64,000 nucleotides of DNA from Octopus vulgaris (Eukaryota), in the NCBI GenBank assembly GCA_951406725.2, contig OX597821.1, forward strand, positions 21,018,001 through 21,082,000, given 5' to 3'. The position numbers and the translations under genes were made by a program. Below the pieces are notes generated by a model. The model was not told where the DNA came from, ran no database searches, and saw nothing but the letters and a program-made list of their open reading frames with translations. This document shows, one piece after another, positions 1 through 15,926 of the stretch; position 1 is the stretch's first letter, and each line of letters begins with the position of its first letter.

Positions 1-467
1 GGCGAAACAAATAGAGCAATAAGCTTGTCAGACGATTAACGAATCTAGCAAACCATTAAGTTTTATTGCAAAGCGATCTTTGTATTGTTTTCCCAGCCAA
101 ACAGAAGCCAATAATATAATATCACCATAAAGTTAAAGCGATTTACCAATCACAAATCACAATACATTTAGAAGCGAAACATTAAATACGAAAGAAGCTC
201 AAAAGACGAAATGATAATGCGCTCCATATTGCATATAACGGGTATTAGTTCAGATTAGACGGCTTTATGTGTGTGTCTGTGCGTGTGTGTATATGTGTGT
301 TTGTGTGTCTGTGTGCGTGTATGTGTGTGTGTACATATAAATAATTGAAAAGTGGTTAAGTGACCATACATATGAAAAATTATGGCTAAAATGTAAATAA
401 AATTGGAAAAGGCACAGAGATATATTTTAGAGAATGTTTAATCTTTTCGTTACAGTGAGTGATTTAA

Positions 468-506
468 AATATAACCGGTTTCGACGTATCCATCTTATCA
501 AACATT
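468..506 (-). ncRNA. Minimal type I hammerhead ribozyme, U3:A8 core variant
   Basis: Minus strand reads AAUGU-UUGAUAA-GAUG gaua CGUC-GAAA-CCGG-UU-AUAUU: 5-bp stem I, 4-bp stem II, palindromic stem III, GUU cleavage triplet. Confidence 0.8.
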
Positions 507-689
507 AAAAGGGATTTTTAGGGAAGTCAAAGAGAAAACAAATCAGGAGATAACAGAGTGAACCCATGTTTTAGCTGATATATATATATATATATATGTA
601 TACATACAAACTTATATATACGTGTCGGTATATATATATATATATATATAATATATAATCAAAATAAGCAACAAGGATATACAAGGTAG

Positions 690-777
690 TGTAGTACAAT
701 CGTTTCCTGCTACTTTTTTTTATTAAACACTTTAAGTATTACATCAGTTTTAAAATGTCGAGCAATCTTCTGCCACA
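690..777 (-). ncRNA. Degenerate type I hammerhead with long stem II
   Basis: Minus: UGUGG-CAGAAGA-uUGCU...AGCAg-GAAA-CGAUU-GUA-CUACA. Stem I pairs, but the core has U4->A. Same flanking AAGCAACAAG motif as the 41012-41100 copy. Confidence 0.55.
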
Positions 778-1175
778 TATAGAATTTTTTAATTAAATAG
801 ACAATGTAATTGCCCCACGTCCAGAACTACTTACCTCCCTTATACAATATTTCTACTCAGGGACTAGTTAGAGCTAACAACGTTTGATAATCGGTGCGGA
901 TTCAAAGCCAGTGAACAGCAAAGACGACATGGAATCTCTTGAACAATTCAAAATAAGGAATTTAATTACACTTAATTCTACCTCAGTTCATATAATTGTA
1001 TTTTTATCGTTACTTTTTATTAAAAAAAGCCTTTATATATATTATTTTGATATTCAATGTGCATTTTCGCTGTTTTTCTTCTCACTTTCTCGCATTTCCG
1101 TTCCACGTGTTTCTATTTACTTTTTGAAACATATTCCTATCATATATATATAACCAAGAAAAAAGAATGGATCGG

Positions 1176-2282
<1,107 letters not shown>

Positions 2283-2304
2283 CTCAATTTGTAACTATAT
2301 ATAT

Positions 2305-2773
2305 ACTCTTTTACTCTTTTACTAGTTGCAGTCATTTGACTGCGGCCATGCTGGAGCACCGCCTTTAGTCGAGCAAATCGACCCCGGGACTTATTCTTTG
2401 TAAGCCCAGTACTTATTCTATCGATCTATTTTGCCGAACCGCTAAGTGACGGGGACGTAAACACTACAGCATCGTTTGTAGGGGGACAAACACAGACACA
2501 CAAACATATACATGCAACACATACATATATATATATATATACATATATACGACAGGCTTCTTTCAGTTTCCGTCTACCGAACAACTCACAAGGCATTGGT
2601 CGGCCCGGGGCTATAGCAGAAGACACTTGCCCAAGATGCTACGCCGTGGGACTGAACCCGCAACCATGTAGTTGGTAAACAAGCTACTTACCACACAGCT
2701 ACTCCTAGTGGGACTGAACCCGGAACCATGTGGTTGGTAAACAAGCTACTTACCACACAGCCACTCCTGCGCC
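2305..2773 (-). mobile_element. SINE family A (tRNA-like head, CORE-like segment, internal TA/TG microsatellite), with duplicated head
   Basis: Reverse complement of the copies at 11456 and 61548; head repeated at about 2645-2706 and 2707-2773. Confidence 0.9.
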
Positions 2774-3279
2774 TTTATGCATGTACATATGTATGTTGTT
2801 GAGTGTATACATATATATTCATATATCTTGTGCGCGCGCTAGTGATTAAGAGTGTATTGGATGAATGTTTATAGAAGCAAGTGTCTGTGTTGCGCGTTTT
2901 ACTCTTTCTTCTATAAACAGAGACGGATTGCATATAGATTGTTGACAATCGACTGAAAAAAAAGAAAACTTAGATTATTTTCCGATTCACTACACTTTTA
3001 CCCAGGGAGTGTTATGTCGTTTACTTATTAGCCTTAGTATGTCGTTTTCACTGTTGTATTACTCTCTCACGAAAATATATACGCACGCTCAAGCCTGCAG
3101 ACGCACATGTGTATATATGTATGTACGTGTGTGTGTGTATGTATTCTTGAATTATACTGGCACTCATCTCGACAAGTACACTCTCATTATATCTATTGAA
3201 ATACATATCACCGTCTTTCTCACATATCTACATGTAAACTTCCACCCATACATACACACATACATACATATAGATAGAT

Positions 3280-3363
<84 letters not shown>

Positions 3364-3383
3364 GGATAGATAGATAGATAGAT

Positions 3384-4368
3384 AAGTTTCTTTATTGGCC
3401 ACACAGGGCTGCACACAGATGGGACAAGTTACAAGGTAGAGCTTTTCTTTTGGGGGATGAAAAAAACAAAAAGCAAAAGAAACAAAAAAGGTGGCGTAGG
3501 TTTTCGATCAAAAGGGATCGTAAAAGGGTAAAAGAACAAAACAAAAGAAAAAAATTTTTAAATAAATAAATAAATGAATAAAAAAAAGAAGAAAAGGAAA
3601 AGGAACAAAGGAAAAGAGAAATGAAAAAAGAAGAAAAAAGGCGGAAAAAAGGGGAAGAGGAGAAAAAAAACGATCAATAGGGATCATGTATCACAGTGTT
3701 ATGATATATGGTGTAAGGGGAAAAGCAAGTAATGTTTTTCCGTGGGAAGAAAAGCCTACGAAAAAGTACTTGAAGAAGTTGATGAGAGATTGACCAGAGA
3801 GGAAAGTGTTTGTCTCCAGTCCTCTCAGACGCGTCCACCAGATACATTCTTTCGCCATAGCCACAAGGATTATGAAAATAGCTCTTCCTTCCGGTTTGAA
3901 GGAAGGAGGCGTGACAATATTGACGATAGGCTCAGCTGATAAACCGACTCGTCCCACACGTGACAGCAGTTGTTCGACATAAGCCCACAGGTCGGAAATT
4001 GTTGGACACTGCACGAGTGCGTGCAGAATGGTTTCGTCGCTCTGACCGCATCTCGGGCAGGTCGCCCCGTGTTTCTCGAGTCGTGTCTGTAGAGCTTATC
4101 CCGAACGGCTAGCGCTTCTCGGTAGCACTGCAAGGCCAGGGATCTCTGGAAGTTGCCCATGGGCCCTGACCCGAAAGTCGTCCCTAACGGGCGGGTCAGA
4201 TACTCCTCGTCGACGTCCAGGTTCGCCCCGAGCTCGTCGTCGTACCTCCCCTCCACTAATCCCCTATAGAATGCTTTGGTTGTGATGAAGTCACTCAAGG
4301 TCGACCCAGGACGGCAGAGTTGCTTGAGAGCAACGCAACACTCGCGGTGCCATTCGCCCTTCCTCAGC

Positions 4369-4369
<1 letters not shown>
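3384..4369 (-). mobile_element. 5'-truncated Tx1/L1-like LINE 3' end (disrupted ORF2 C-terminus), in (GATA)n
   Basis: CPRCGQSDETILHALVQCP zinc-knuckle and IWWTR motif; AATAAA immediately before (TATC)n; internal deletion of about 0.2 kb relative to the next copy. Confidence 0.8.
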
Positions 4370-4410
<41 letters not shown>

Positions 4411-4412
<2 letters not shown>

Positions 4413-5160
4413 TGTTTCTTTATTAGCCACACAGGGCTGCACACAGATAGAACAAATTACAAGGTAGAGCTTTTCTTTTGAAGGTTTAAAAAGAAAAAAA
4501 GGAAGGGGGAGTTTCGATCAAAAGGGATCGTAAAAGGAGAGAAAGAGGACAAACAAAAAGGGGGGTTAAAAAAAAAGGGGGAGAGGAAAAAAAAATTGAT
4601 CAATAGGGATCGTTATCACAGAAATGTCAATATGAAGTGTAAGGGGGAGGACAGGTGAGGTTTACCCGTGGAAAGAAAAGCCTACGGAAAAGGCCACGGT
4701 AACCTCGGTCAATGGAGTCACATGTTATATTCCTTTTTTTTTTTTTTTTGCGAATAAGCAACTCTCTGTTTTCAATTTCTGGGTTCATAAGATCATGCTC
4801 AAGGTGGCTTCGTCATTCATACGTGCCATTCTTGCTACATTCACCCATCTTTTTTTAAAACATTCGCTAGACAAAACTTGCCTCTCTACTCTCACTTTCC
4901 TTTTCAAGTGGTACTTGAAGAAGTTGATGAGAGATTGACCAGAGAGGAAAGTGTTTGTCTCCAATCCTTTCAGACGCGTCCACCAGATACATTCTTTCGC
5001 CATAGCCGCAAGGATGATGAAAATAGCTCTTCCTTCCGGTTTGAAGGAAGGAGGCGTGACAATATTGACGATAGACTCGGCTGATAAACCGACACGTCCC
5101 ACACGTGACAGCAGTTGTTCGACATAAGCCCACAGGTCGGAAATTGTTGGACACTGCACG
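4411..5160 (-). mobile_element. Second 5'-truncated copy of the same Tx1/L1-like LINE, in (GATA)n
   Basis: ORF 4785-5159 is nearly identical to 3691-4014; same 3' end GTGTGCAGCCCTGTGTGG.TAATAAAGAAAC; GATA repeats on both sides. Confidence 0.8.
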
Positions 5161-5177
5161 AAGATAGATAGATAAAT

Positions 5178-5208
<31 letters not shown>

Positions 5209-5557
5209 CAAACAGACAGACAAACAAACAGATTGATAGATACATAGAGAGAGACAGACAGACAGACAGATAGATAGATATAGTATATTCATCAATCGTC
5301 AAATATTCATATGTCACGATATATTTGGTTTATTAGCCTATTTTGAGAGCCTGAGTTGGGTTTAAATATTTGCTCTCTAGAAACTGAATGCTTTGACATT
5401 ACAATAGATGATTTCATTGTTCAACTTTCATCTCATGTGTACATATTTGAACGATTGTGCAGACTATAGCACTTAATGAACCTCTATATCTTGCAGCTTC
5501 ATTAGCAGTGAACTGCATCAGTATCAGTGATAATTCACTGCTTCCTGTATACGTCTG

Positions 5558-5590
<33 letters not shown>

Positions 5591-6814
5591 GTATATATGT
5601 ATGCTAGTATACATGTGTATGTATGCGTATATATATGCATGTATAAACTCACCACATATATATACACGTACACACACACACACACGTACATACACACACA
5701 CATATATATATATATGTATATATATGTCTGTATATGAATTTATTGCTTGGATAGTCCTGTAATTATGGATTATACAAAATCAAGTACACGCCTTGTAACC
5801 GAGACGGTATCTTCCTACTTACTATTAGTTATTACAATAAAAGTAGTCGATTTTTGCATATCGTGAGCATGGGTCAATGCAAGTCAGAATGACATTGAAT
5901 CTCACATTGTGGCCTGCTGTTTGAAACAAGAATATTATTTGCAAAACTGAAGGCTTGCGTTTAGATTCTTTCGAGCAACAGCAACAAACGTGCACAGCTG
6001 CAATCTCTTAGGCACTGCAAAGGAAATTAGATGGAACATACATAACACTTCTAAGAGACTTTTTTGCATTAAACTGCAGTGCCATACAACAATGATCTTT
6101 CTAGTAATCTCTCCAAGCGTTAACTCTACCTCATAGAAAAGGAGATTAATATTCCTTACATTATTTCACCCTTTAACTGTCGCTACTCCATCGCTTTGTC
6201 GGACGAGTGTACATAGCCCATGAATGAAACCCTAGCCTGGCGCAGGGTTTACCAATTTACAGTTGAATCGACGGGAACAAGGTGAAATGAAGTGATTTAC
6301 TCAAGAAAACAAAGCAATGACGTTCTGTGGTTCGAAACTACGAACTTGGAGATTACATATAAGGATTTGGTTTCGAATCCTGCTCCCACGTATCTAAATT
6401 CTCTTACTTTCTAAATAAGGTTAGCAATTTTTATTTACACACAATTTCAAATTATCACATAAACGACGTGTCACGTTCATATTGAACAGAATACAAACAT
6501 TGTTGAAAGGATCGCAGAGAAGTTTGTGGTTATACATTCAACGATACGAAACTGAATTTAGAGATCGCTGAATGACATTCCGTCTGATACGCCTATCATA
6601 TTATTGATTGATTTCAATATAGCACGATATTAACGACGGGCTTTAATGAAATCTAAGTCTTTTGCCTTGAATGACTAGAGCACTTGCCATCTTTATTAGA
6701 AATATATATGTGATGTGTCCTCCAAAGTAACCAATAAGAGAAGCGGACAGGATATGACACAACAAAACTCTCATTGTCCCTGCACATTACATAAGTGTAC
6801 CTGTGTGTGCATGC

Positions 6815-6866
<52 letters not shown>

Positions 6867-7201
6867 GTGTGTGTGTGCTTTTGTGTATATATATATATAC
6901 ACAAGTTTATCTCACAAGGCAATTGAAAGTGACATAATACAGACTCTTAAATTATTGTTACGCAATGCATCTGGCCGTCATCTGCATATTTTCCATCAAC
7001 CCAACTATTACCAACAAACACTGAATCAAATTGTGCCCATGGCATAAACATTGCTAACGTTACGAACGTAATATATTGGATCTTAGGATCTCATGATTTC
7101 AAGGTGAATTCATTTATACACAGCTATGACCGCATTCACTCATGCATATCTCCATTCAGTCGCAGGGACAGGCATGTATGCATATGTATATATACATTTG
7201 C

Positions 7202-7233
<32 letters not shown>

Positions 7234-7614
7234 GCGTGTGTGTATGTGTGTGCGTGTATAAGATCCAAATATTGGGGTAGAGGAAGCAATCCGTGGTAAA
7301 TACAAAAAACAGCTTTCCGGGACAATAGTAGTTCGTTGAGACAGAAGGGCGGTTTTTCTTCTCGTAGTGCGATACTGTGCTCTCTACATTTTCTGACTGA
7401 ATCTTCCACGTGTTAACATGCACCTCATTGCGACAATGTAAACTTTCATTTAATCAAGTTATCCTTGGTCTGAAGTGTACCAGAGATATTTACCACTTCT
7501 GAGCTTCCACTGGCTATGAGATATAGGTAACCCGGATCTTATCTGAACCATTCATTAACTACTGTATTCTTATATGTCTGGTGTGTGTGTGTGTGATTGT
7601 GCGCGTGTGTGTAT

Positions 7615-7672
<58 letters not shown>

Positions 7673-7714
7673 ATATATATATATATATATATAATATATG
7701 CATATATATGTATA

Positions 7715-7808
<94 letters not shown>

Positions 7809-7835
7809 ATAAGGGTGTCCACTTAGTGGTTTCCC

Positions 7836-7875
<40 letters not shown>

Positions 7876-8670
7876 ATGCGATAATATAATCCAAAATATC
7901 TAAGTACGAAGATTAATATATGGCAATTGAGAATTGCTTCAGATATACAAATGCTGCTATAATCATTGCATTTTCTCTGTATTGAAATAGTTACTCTATA
8001 ACCAATGCAGAGACAATCCTCCACAAGTCTGCCATAGATTGAATTGCTACCGGCGCAGATGAGGTGTACATATTCAAGTGTCAACTGACAAATAAAGTTA
8101 ATAACGTTAATATTTTCAGATATCTTTTGTGATTCTCCAGAATAATTTGATATCATGATTAGCCTAATAAGGCGGGTTTATTACATTATCTGTTTATAGC
8201 CCTTATGTACACAGCAACACACAAGCTCATATGTATACACAAATATATGTGCAAATGTATATTTCTCTGCGCATGAATAATTATATATATATATATATAG
8301 ATGTATATGTATAGATACTGTTATTGTTAATTATTCATAAATTCTTACTCTCCCCCTTTCGTACACATGCACACAGGTGTACGTATATTTATATATATAT
8401 ATATATATACAAATACGCATACACATATATATGCATGGAAACAGTCATACATACATTAGAACACGTACATACCATGTAGTAAACGGGGTTTAAAAACTGC
8501 GAGTGCAGGGAATATGTACACGTATACATGTATACATGCATACATATACTCTTATATATGTATGTATATATATATATATTTATATACAAATACATATATA
8601 TATGTATATATATATATATACATATATATATATGTGTGTGTGTGCGTGTGTGTATGTGTGTAGGTGTATG

Positions 8671-8730
<60 letters not shown>

Positions 8731-8734
8731 TATA

Positions 8735-8839
<105 letters not shown>

Positions 8840-9331
8840 CGTTTTATATGGCGATAGTTGAGTAGATAATTAGATAGACTGGTATAGAGATAGATAGATA
8901 AATACATAAATAAATAAATAAATATATAGAAAGATAGATAGATAGATAGATAGATAAGGAAAGATATATAGGGAAGGGCAGTCATCGAAGCAAAGATAGA
9001 AATATAGAACTATACGATAGTAGTAGCTATAGTATATTGTCCCTTTAGCAAAGTTGCCATAATTGGAATCAATGAATTGTGAATTGTGAGATTATTTCAA
9101 CAACAAAAGCTAGAAATTCCATCGCTGAACAGAGAACAATGTATTTTAATATTCCATAGAAACGTTCACCTTTGAACTAAACAATTGTATTTTTCGTCGC
9201 TAAAATAGCATCTATTCTACAATGGGAACGTTTAGAAACTAACTTAACATCCATTATAAACATATAATGTTTATATATGGTATGAATGATATATATATAT
9301 ATATATACATACATGCATACATACATACATA

Positions 9332-9369
<38 letters not shown>

Positions 9370-9477
9370 TGTGTATGTATATGTATATATACGTATATAT
9401 ATATATATATATATGCACATGTGTATATATATGTATATATACGTATATATATACATATATATATATGTATATATACG

Positions 9478-9512
<35 letters not shown>

Positions 9513-9541
9513 GCACATGTGTATATATATGTATATATACG

Positions 9542-9574
<33 letters not shown>

Positions 9575-9721
9575 TTATATGTATGTAAATGCACATACAT
9601 ATTTACAAACACACAGATCTATATATATATGAACATGTGTGTATATATATACATATATATATATATGCACACGTATGCACACACAGGGAGACAGAGACAC
9701 ACGCGCGCGTGCACCCACGTG

Positions 9722-9755
<34 letters not shown>

Positions 9756-10158
9756 AATTAGTATTAATGGGTGGGAAATTATACACTCACTATGTCATTA
9801 GTTATTCACTAACATTCTCTCACTTATTTCTCTCCATCTCTGTCTCTCTCTACCTTTCCTTCTCTCTTGTATTTATTCCCTTCTTTTTCTATCTTCTCTT
9901 CTCTCTCTCTCTCTCTGCTCTCAGCCTATGTATAGTTGAATAGGTAATGGACTGTGAAACCAGGACTGAGCATTTCGATTCATGTACTTCGCACTCATGA
10001 TCTCGATATTCAGTCTAAATTCTGCTCCGAACAAGTCTAGGTGTAATCCAGCCACGGAACTCCAGGGTCTCGAATGCTACTTATGCCCTCGAAGCCGATT
10101 AATAAATGAAAAATAGAAATACTTTCAGTTTCAACTCTAAATAGCAAGTAATAAATTT

Positions 10159-10897
10159 CTCGCTGTCTATATGTAACTGTAAATATATACAATTTACCCC
10201 TCGCTTTCTATATGTAACTGTAAATATATACAGTTTACCCCTCGCTTTCTATATGTAACTGTAAATATATACAATTTACCCCTCGCTTTCTATATGTAAC
10301 TGTAAATTTATACAGTTTACCCTCGCTTTCTATATGTAACTGTAAATATATACAGTTTACCCCTCGCTTTCTATATGTAACTGTAAATATATACAGTTTA
10401 CCCCTCGCTTTCTATATGTAACTGTAAATATATACAGTTTACCCCTCGCTTTCTATATGTAACTGTAAATATATACAGTTTACCCCTCGCTTTCTATATG
10501 TAACTGTAAATATATACAGTTTACCCCTCGCTGTCTATATGTAACTGTAAATATATACAGTTTACCCCTCGCTTTCTATATGTAACTGTAAATATATACA
10601 GTTTACCCCTCGCTTTCTATATGTAACTGTAAATATATACAGTTTACCCCTCGCTTTCTATATGTAACTGTAAATATATACAGTTTACTGCTCGCTTTCT
10701 ATATGTAACTGTAAATATATACAATTTACCCCTCGCTTTCTATATGTAACTGTAAATATATACAGTTTACCCCTCGCTGTCTATATGTAACTGTAAATAT
10801 ATACAGTTTACCCCTCGCTGTCTATATGTAACTGTAAATATATACAGTTTACCCCTCGCTGTCTATATGTAACTGTAAATATATACAATTTATCCCG
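10159..10897. repeat. 41-bp minisatellite, about 18 copies
   Basis: Unit CTCGCTTTCTATATGTAACTGTAAATATATACAGTTTACCC starts at 10159, 10200, 10241 and onward; no spacers. Confidence 0.97.
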
Positions 10898-11455
10898 TAT
10901 CCTTTTACAACGTTTACAACGGAACACCTGCCTCCATTACTACATTTCACTACCCCTTTGGTCTGTGCACCTCATTTTGCGAAACAGCAGGAAGGCTGCA
11001 TCACCATTTCATTCTCTTTTCTAACCTTCTATTTTGAAAAGGGTTACGCTGCTACTTCCAAAGCTGGAATGCCCGCATCGGAAGTATATTCTGAATGGTT
11101 TCAGAAAAAAGTGTCTTTGCCAAAGTAGACTTTGCTGGAATTTTGAAATTTCATATTAAACTAGCAGCACCTCAAAGAGCTAAAATGAAAATTCTTTCTG
11201 ATCGCTTTAACTAAAATGAAACTTCTTTCTAATCGATAGGTCCACTACAAAAACCATTCAAATGTCTCTAATATAACATATAAATCAATGATAATATAGT
11301 CATAAACATCTATATATCTATATATTCAGGCGGTGGTAACATTCAATCAGTTGTTACATTTCTCTACACCCTATCCTATATATTCACTCTACATCCACCC
11401 GTTCAGTACAAACTAATCACCCACACTTTAGGAATTTTCATATGCTAATCTCCAT

Positions 11456-11864
11456 AGGCGCAGGTGTGGCTGTGTGGTAAGTAACTTGCTTACCAATCAC
11501 ATGGTACCGGGTTCAGTCCCACAGTGGCACCTTGGGCAAGTGTCTTCTACTATAGCCTCGGGTCGACCAAAGCCTTCTGAGTGGATTTGGTAGACGGAAA
11601 CTGAAAGAAGCCCGTCGTATGTATGTATATATGTATGCGTGTGTGTGTGTGTGTGTTTGCGTGTCTATGTTTGTCCCCTCACCATCGCTTGACAACCGAT
11701 GCTAGTGTGTTTACGTCCCTGTTATTAGCGGTTCGGTAAAGAGACCTATAGAATAAGTACTAGGCTTACAAAGAATAAGTTCTGGGGCCGATTTGTTCGA
11801 CTAAAGGCGGTGCTCCAACATGGCCACAGTCAAATGACTGAAACAAGTAAAAGAATAAAAGAAT
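11456..11864 (+). mobile_element. SINE family A, full length
   Basis: GGCGCAGG..TGGCTGTGTGG (A-box-like), GGTTCAGTCCC (B-box-like), CCTTGGGCAAGT, internal TG tract, tail GAAACAAGTAAAAGA. Confidence 0.9.
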
Positions 11865-13169
11865 ACCAGAGTTTAGAATTAATTATATCTTTACATATAT
11901 ATGTAAACTGTTGAAATTCAGCATTTATTAGCCAGTTTTGCATCATTCTTCATAAAGCATATGCCACTCGTAATGCAAGACTTAACAGCCAAACGTATAT
12001 ATTTATCATTCACCGTTCATCATTCAATTACTGTCAACTGTCACCGTGAAATTTCATTCATCGAAAAGCATACGACTACAATGACTGAAGATTCATCAGC
12101 CACTAATCACCAAGCTACCAATCTACTACTTAGAATTAATTATTCACCAAAATGTAACCACATGCATTATTTCTAAACTACAGAAAATATACATCAGAAA
12201 TGAGCATGTGTCTGGGCCTCTAGGATGTATTTTGGTCAAACTAAATTTGTGTCACATATTTCTGAGAGTAATTCTTGTGGTTCAGTTTCCTATCGCTGCA
12301 ATTGCAAATTAGACGATACTGAACACATATATGATTACATACATATGTCTATTGTGAGTTGTAGTATGTGGAGTGTGAGTTTGTCTGTATGCGCGTATAT
12401 GTCTGTATAAGCTTGCGGTTGTACAACAGTCTTTGTGTCGGACCTCAGCTAACGTCCAATGCAAAAACTAAAACATTCAAACGGTGCTTCACAAGATCTG
12501 GAACAAATAAACGATTAACAGAATATATATTCGTGAAGTATATTTGCCACTTAAATGGGGTAATATTTGTCATCAAAGACTGAAGTCGTTTTGTTCCTTC
12601 AACTGCATTATGCGTATTGGTGGGAGTGTCATCATTTACATGGTATTCATTATGGGAAGATATTTTGCGATGCAATGACTTCAAGGCATTTGTAACTAAT
12701 TTTTATGTTATTCTTGTTGAAAAGTCATTGAGAATTATTACAAAGAATGAAATGTTATTTCATTTTACCAGTGACGCAAAATTCCTTGCTAAATTAGATG
12801 CTCCATTCATGAGATTAACTACAGCAGATGATATTCATTTTCCTAGTTGTATTGCCACTATTTACATAATGTTTGATTCTGTATATAGGGATATTCGATG
12901 GGGAAATTATGTGTATGTACTTCGGGAGAATATATTCATATATTCTTCAACTTGTGTATCTTAATACGGTTTTATTTTTCATGAGCGACGGGTGGCTACA
13001 TTGTTTCCTTGTGTATAGTCCAGCATCATTTCTTTGTCTATTGAGATAGTTTTACAATTCATGGTTATAGTTTTATGCGGGTTCCAAGAGAAATAGAAGT
13101 AGGCTTACATACATATATACATTTATGTATGTATAACTATGCATGAACATATATGTATGTATATGTGTA

Positions 13170-13620
<451 letters not shown>

Positions 13621-14302
13621 GTCTATATATATAGATCTATATTTCTCCGTTTGTTTCTGTGTTTATGTTAGTATGGCTATGTGGTTTTGTGTATCTGAAA
13701 TTGATGGGACATATATTTCATTGCATATTTAACCATCCTTAAATACCATATTTCACTTCATAGTAAATTCTCCATGCCTCACACGAATGACAAATAACTT
13801 AACAATATATTTAGCCAGCTGGTTATCCTACAGAAATGTCCGCCTTATAATATCATCATATTTCTAGTTTTATATCTCGCTATGCGAATTTGAAAATATG
13901 AAACTTGAAAACGGATAGATTAAATGCAATAATGGCTTTCTGCAAGGTATGTTTGAATTTTTAATATTGGCTATGTCGTTTGGAGTGTCAGACAATCATG
14001 AACGGAATATATTGTTAGATTTCTCCTTTAGGGAATACGAAATATTGCTATATATTACATACGAGATGGAGAATTACTGCAACAAAATCTCTGTAATGCA
14101 TACCCCGAAATGGTGCATATTTCAGCTGTCAAACTCACTCAAATTTGTTCGCGTGCACGCACATGCACACTCACACTCATACACAAGCATACACACAAAT
14201 ACATGTACAAATAAATGGGTGCACTCATACATGCTTGTATACCTGCATATGTATATGTGTGTGTTCGTGCGTATAGATATAGATAAGCAGATAGCAAAAT
14301 CA

Positions 14303-14357
<55 letters not shown>

Positions 14358-14810
14358 TATAGATAGATAGATAGATATTACATACGTGTGTATGTGTATA
14401 TATGCACATGCAGATTTTATGTGTATACAAATTTAGATGGATACAGGTACGTATAAATACATACATTTATACATATACATATATCTTTAAGCATGTATCT
14501 ATCTGTATATATATATATATTTATATATGGCAGAGAGTGCAAGCTGAAAAGAGGCCCGAAGTGAGAGAGAGAAATATATATTTTTCTTTGATATTTTCCA
14601 TTCGTTTCTTAGGAAATTACACTCTCAGAGATCTAATAGCTTTCTGGAAATGTTCCAATGAAATAGTGACATTTTACTCACAGCCACTCATAGAATATCT
14701 GACGTATCCAATACGAAAACAGGAAATTGACTGAAATTGTTGATATTTTGTTGATATAATCAACATAGGATAAACCGCCACTAAATCACTACCTATACCT
14801 CTACCACTAC

Positions 14811-14859
<49 letters not shown>

Positions 14860-15094
14860 GCAGTAATCACCATTATATCGCACACGCAACCACTGATATT
14901 GACTAAGGGAATATATTTACGATAAAGTATTTACAGAAATACATGTTTAATAATTTGGCAAAATGTAACATGAAAGTCTTCGGGTAAAATATTATTTGAC
15001 CGTTGCTTAAAATGGTGCTGATATCTTGTAATTCGAGATATTGTCGTTGGTATTTTTGTCACTATTATTGTCGTCGTCATCATCATCATCATCA

Positions 15095-15224
<130 letters not shown>

Positions 15225-15243
15225 GATTATTATTATTATTATT

Positions 15244-15703
15244 CTGTTTGATTTTTGCTTTACATTTGTACAAGTTGGCTCCAAGTCTCACCCAGAGACC
15301 TCAAGAGACAACAGGTTGGTAGTTCATGTTGTTGTTGCCTAGTGTGCCATATATTTAGTTTTGTATTTAGTGTTGTACTAGTGAATGTCTAAAAAGAATA
15401 CAAAAATTATGTTTGTTTTAAAACTTGAGATTACATAGAAAGTATTTAGCGTAGGATATGAACAGTTCCCATGAGCCCTATCTTTTGAATTTCTGCCATT
15501 TTGGGGTTTCCTGGTATCTGAGTTAGGTAGCAATCAGGTTCCACATTTTGCTGATTTCTATTTCAAGATCTTTATATTTGCTCAGTTTCTGGTAGGTCTT
15601 GACAGATACATTTATATAGATTGGGACAGTCATATCAATGAGGCATGTTTTTTTTGTCTGAAGTCTTTCAATATGACGTCTGGCCTATTCGCATCTATGT
15701 TTC
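15244..15703 (-). mobile_element. 5'-truncated R4/Dong-like RLE non-LTR retrotransposon end, in (TAA)n
   Basis: Minus translation ANRPDVILKD...CLIDMTVP...KLSKYKDLEIEISKMWNL...EIQKIGLMGTVHILR (restriction-like endonuclease motifs); ATT repeats on both sides. Confidence 0.85.
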
Positions 15704-15708
15704 TTTTA

Positions 15709-15767
<59 letters not shown>

Positions 15768-15847
15768 GTTGTTGTTGTTGTTTTTGTTGTTGTTGTTGTT
15801 GTTTTTTTTTATTATTATTATTATTATTAGTATTACTCTTATTATCA

Positions 15848-15925
<78 letters not shown>

Positions 15926-15926
<1 letters not shown>

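Noticed and set aside
10159-10897. CRISPR-like array of partly palindromic repeats
   Set aside because: Units are contiguous with no unique spacers; eukaryotic context with no cas genes
12617-12964. 115-aa ORF in complex sequence
   Set aside because: TTG start, no recognisable domain or splice pattern; needs BLAST or RNA-seq
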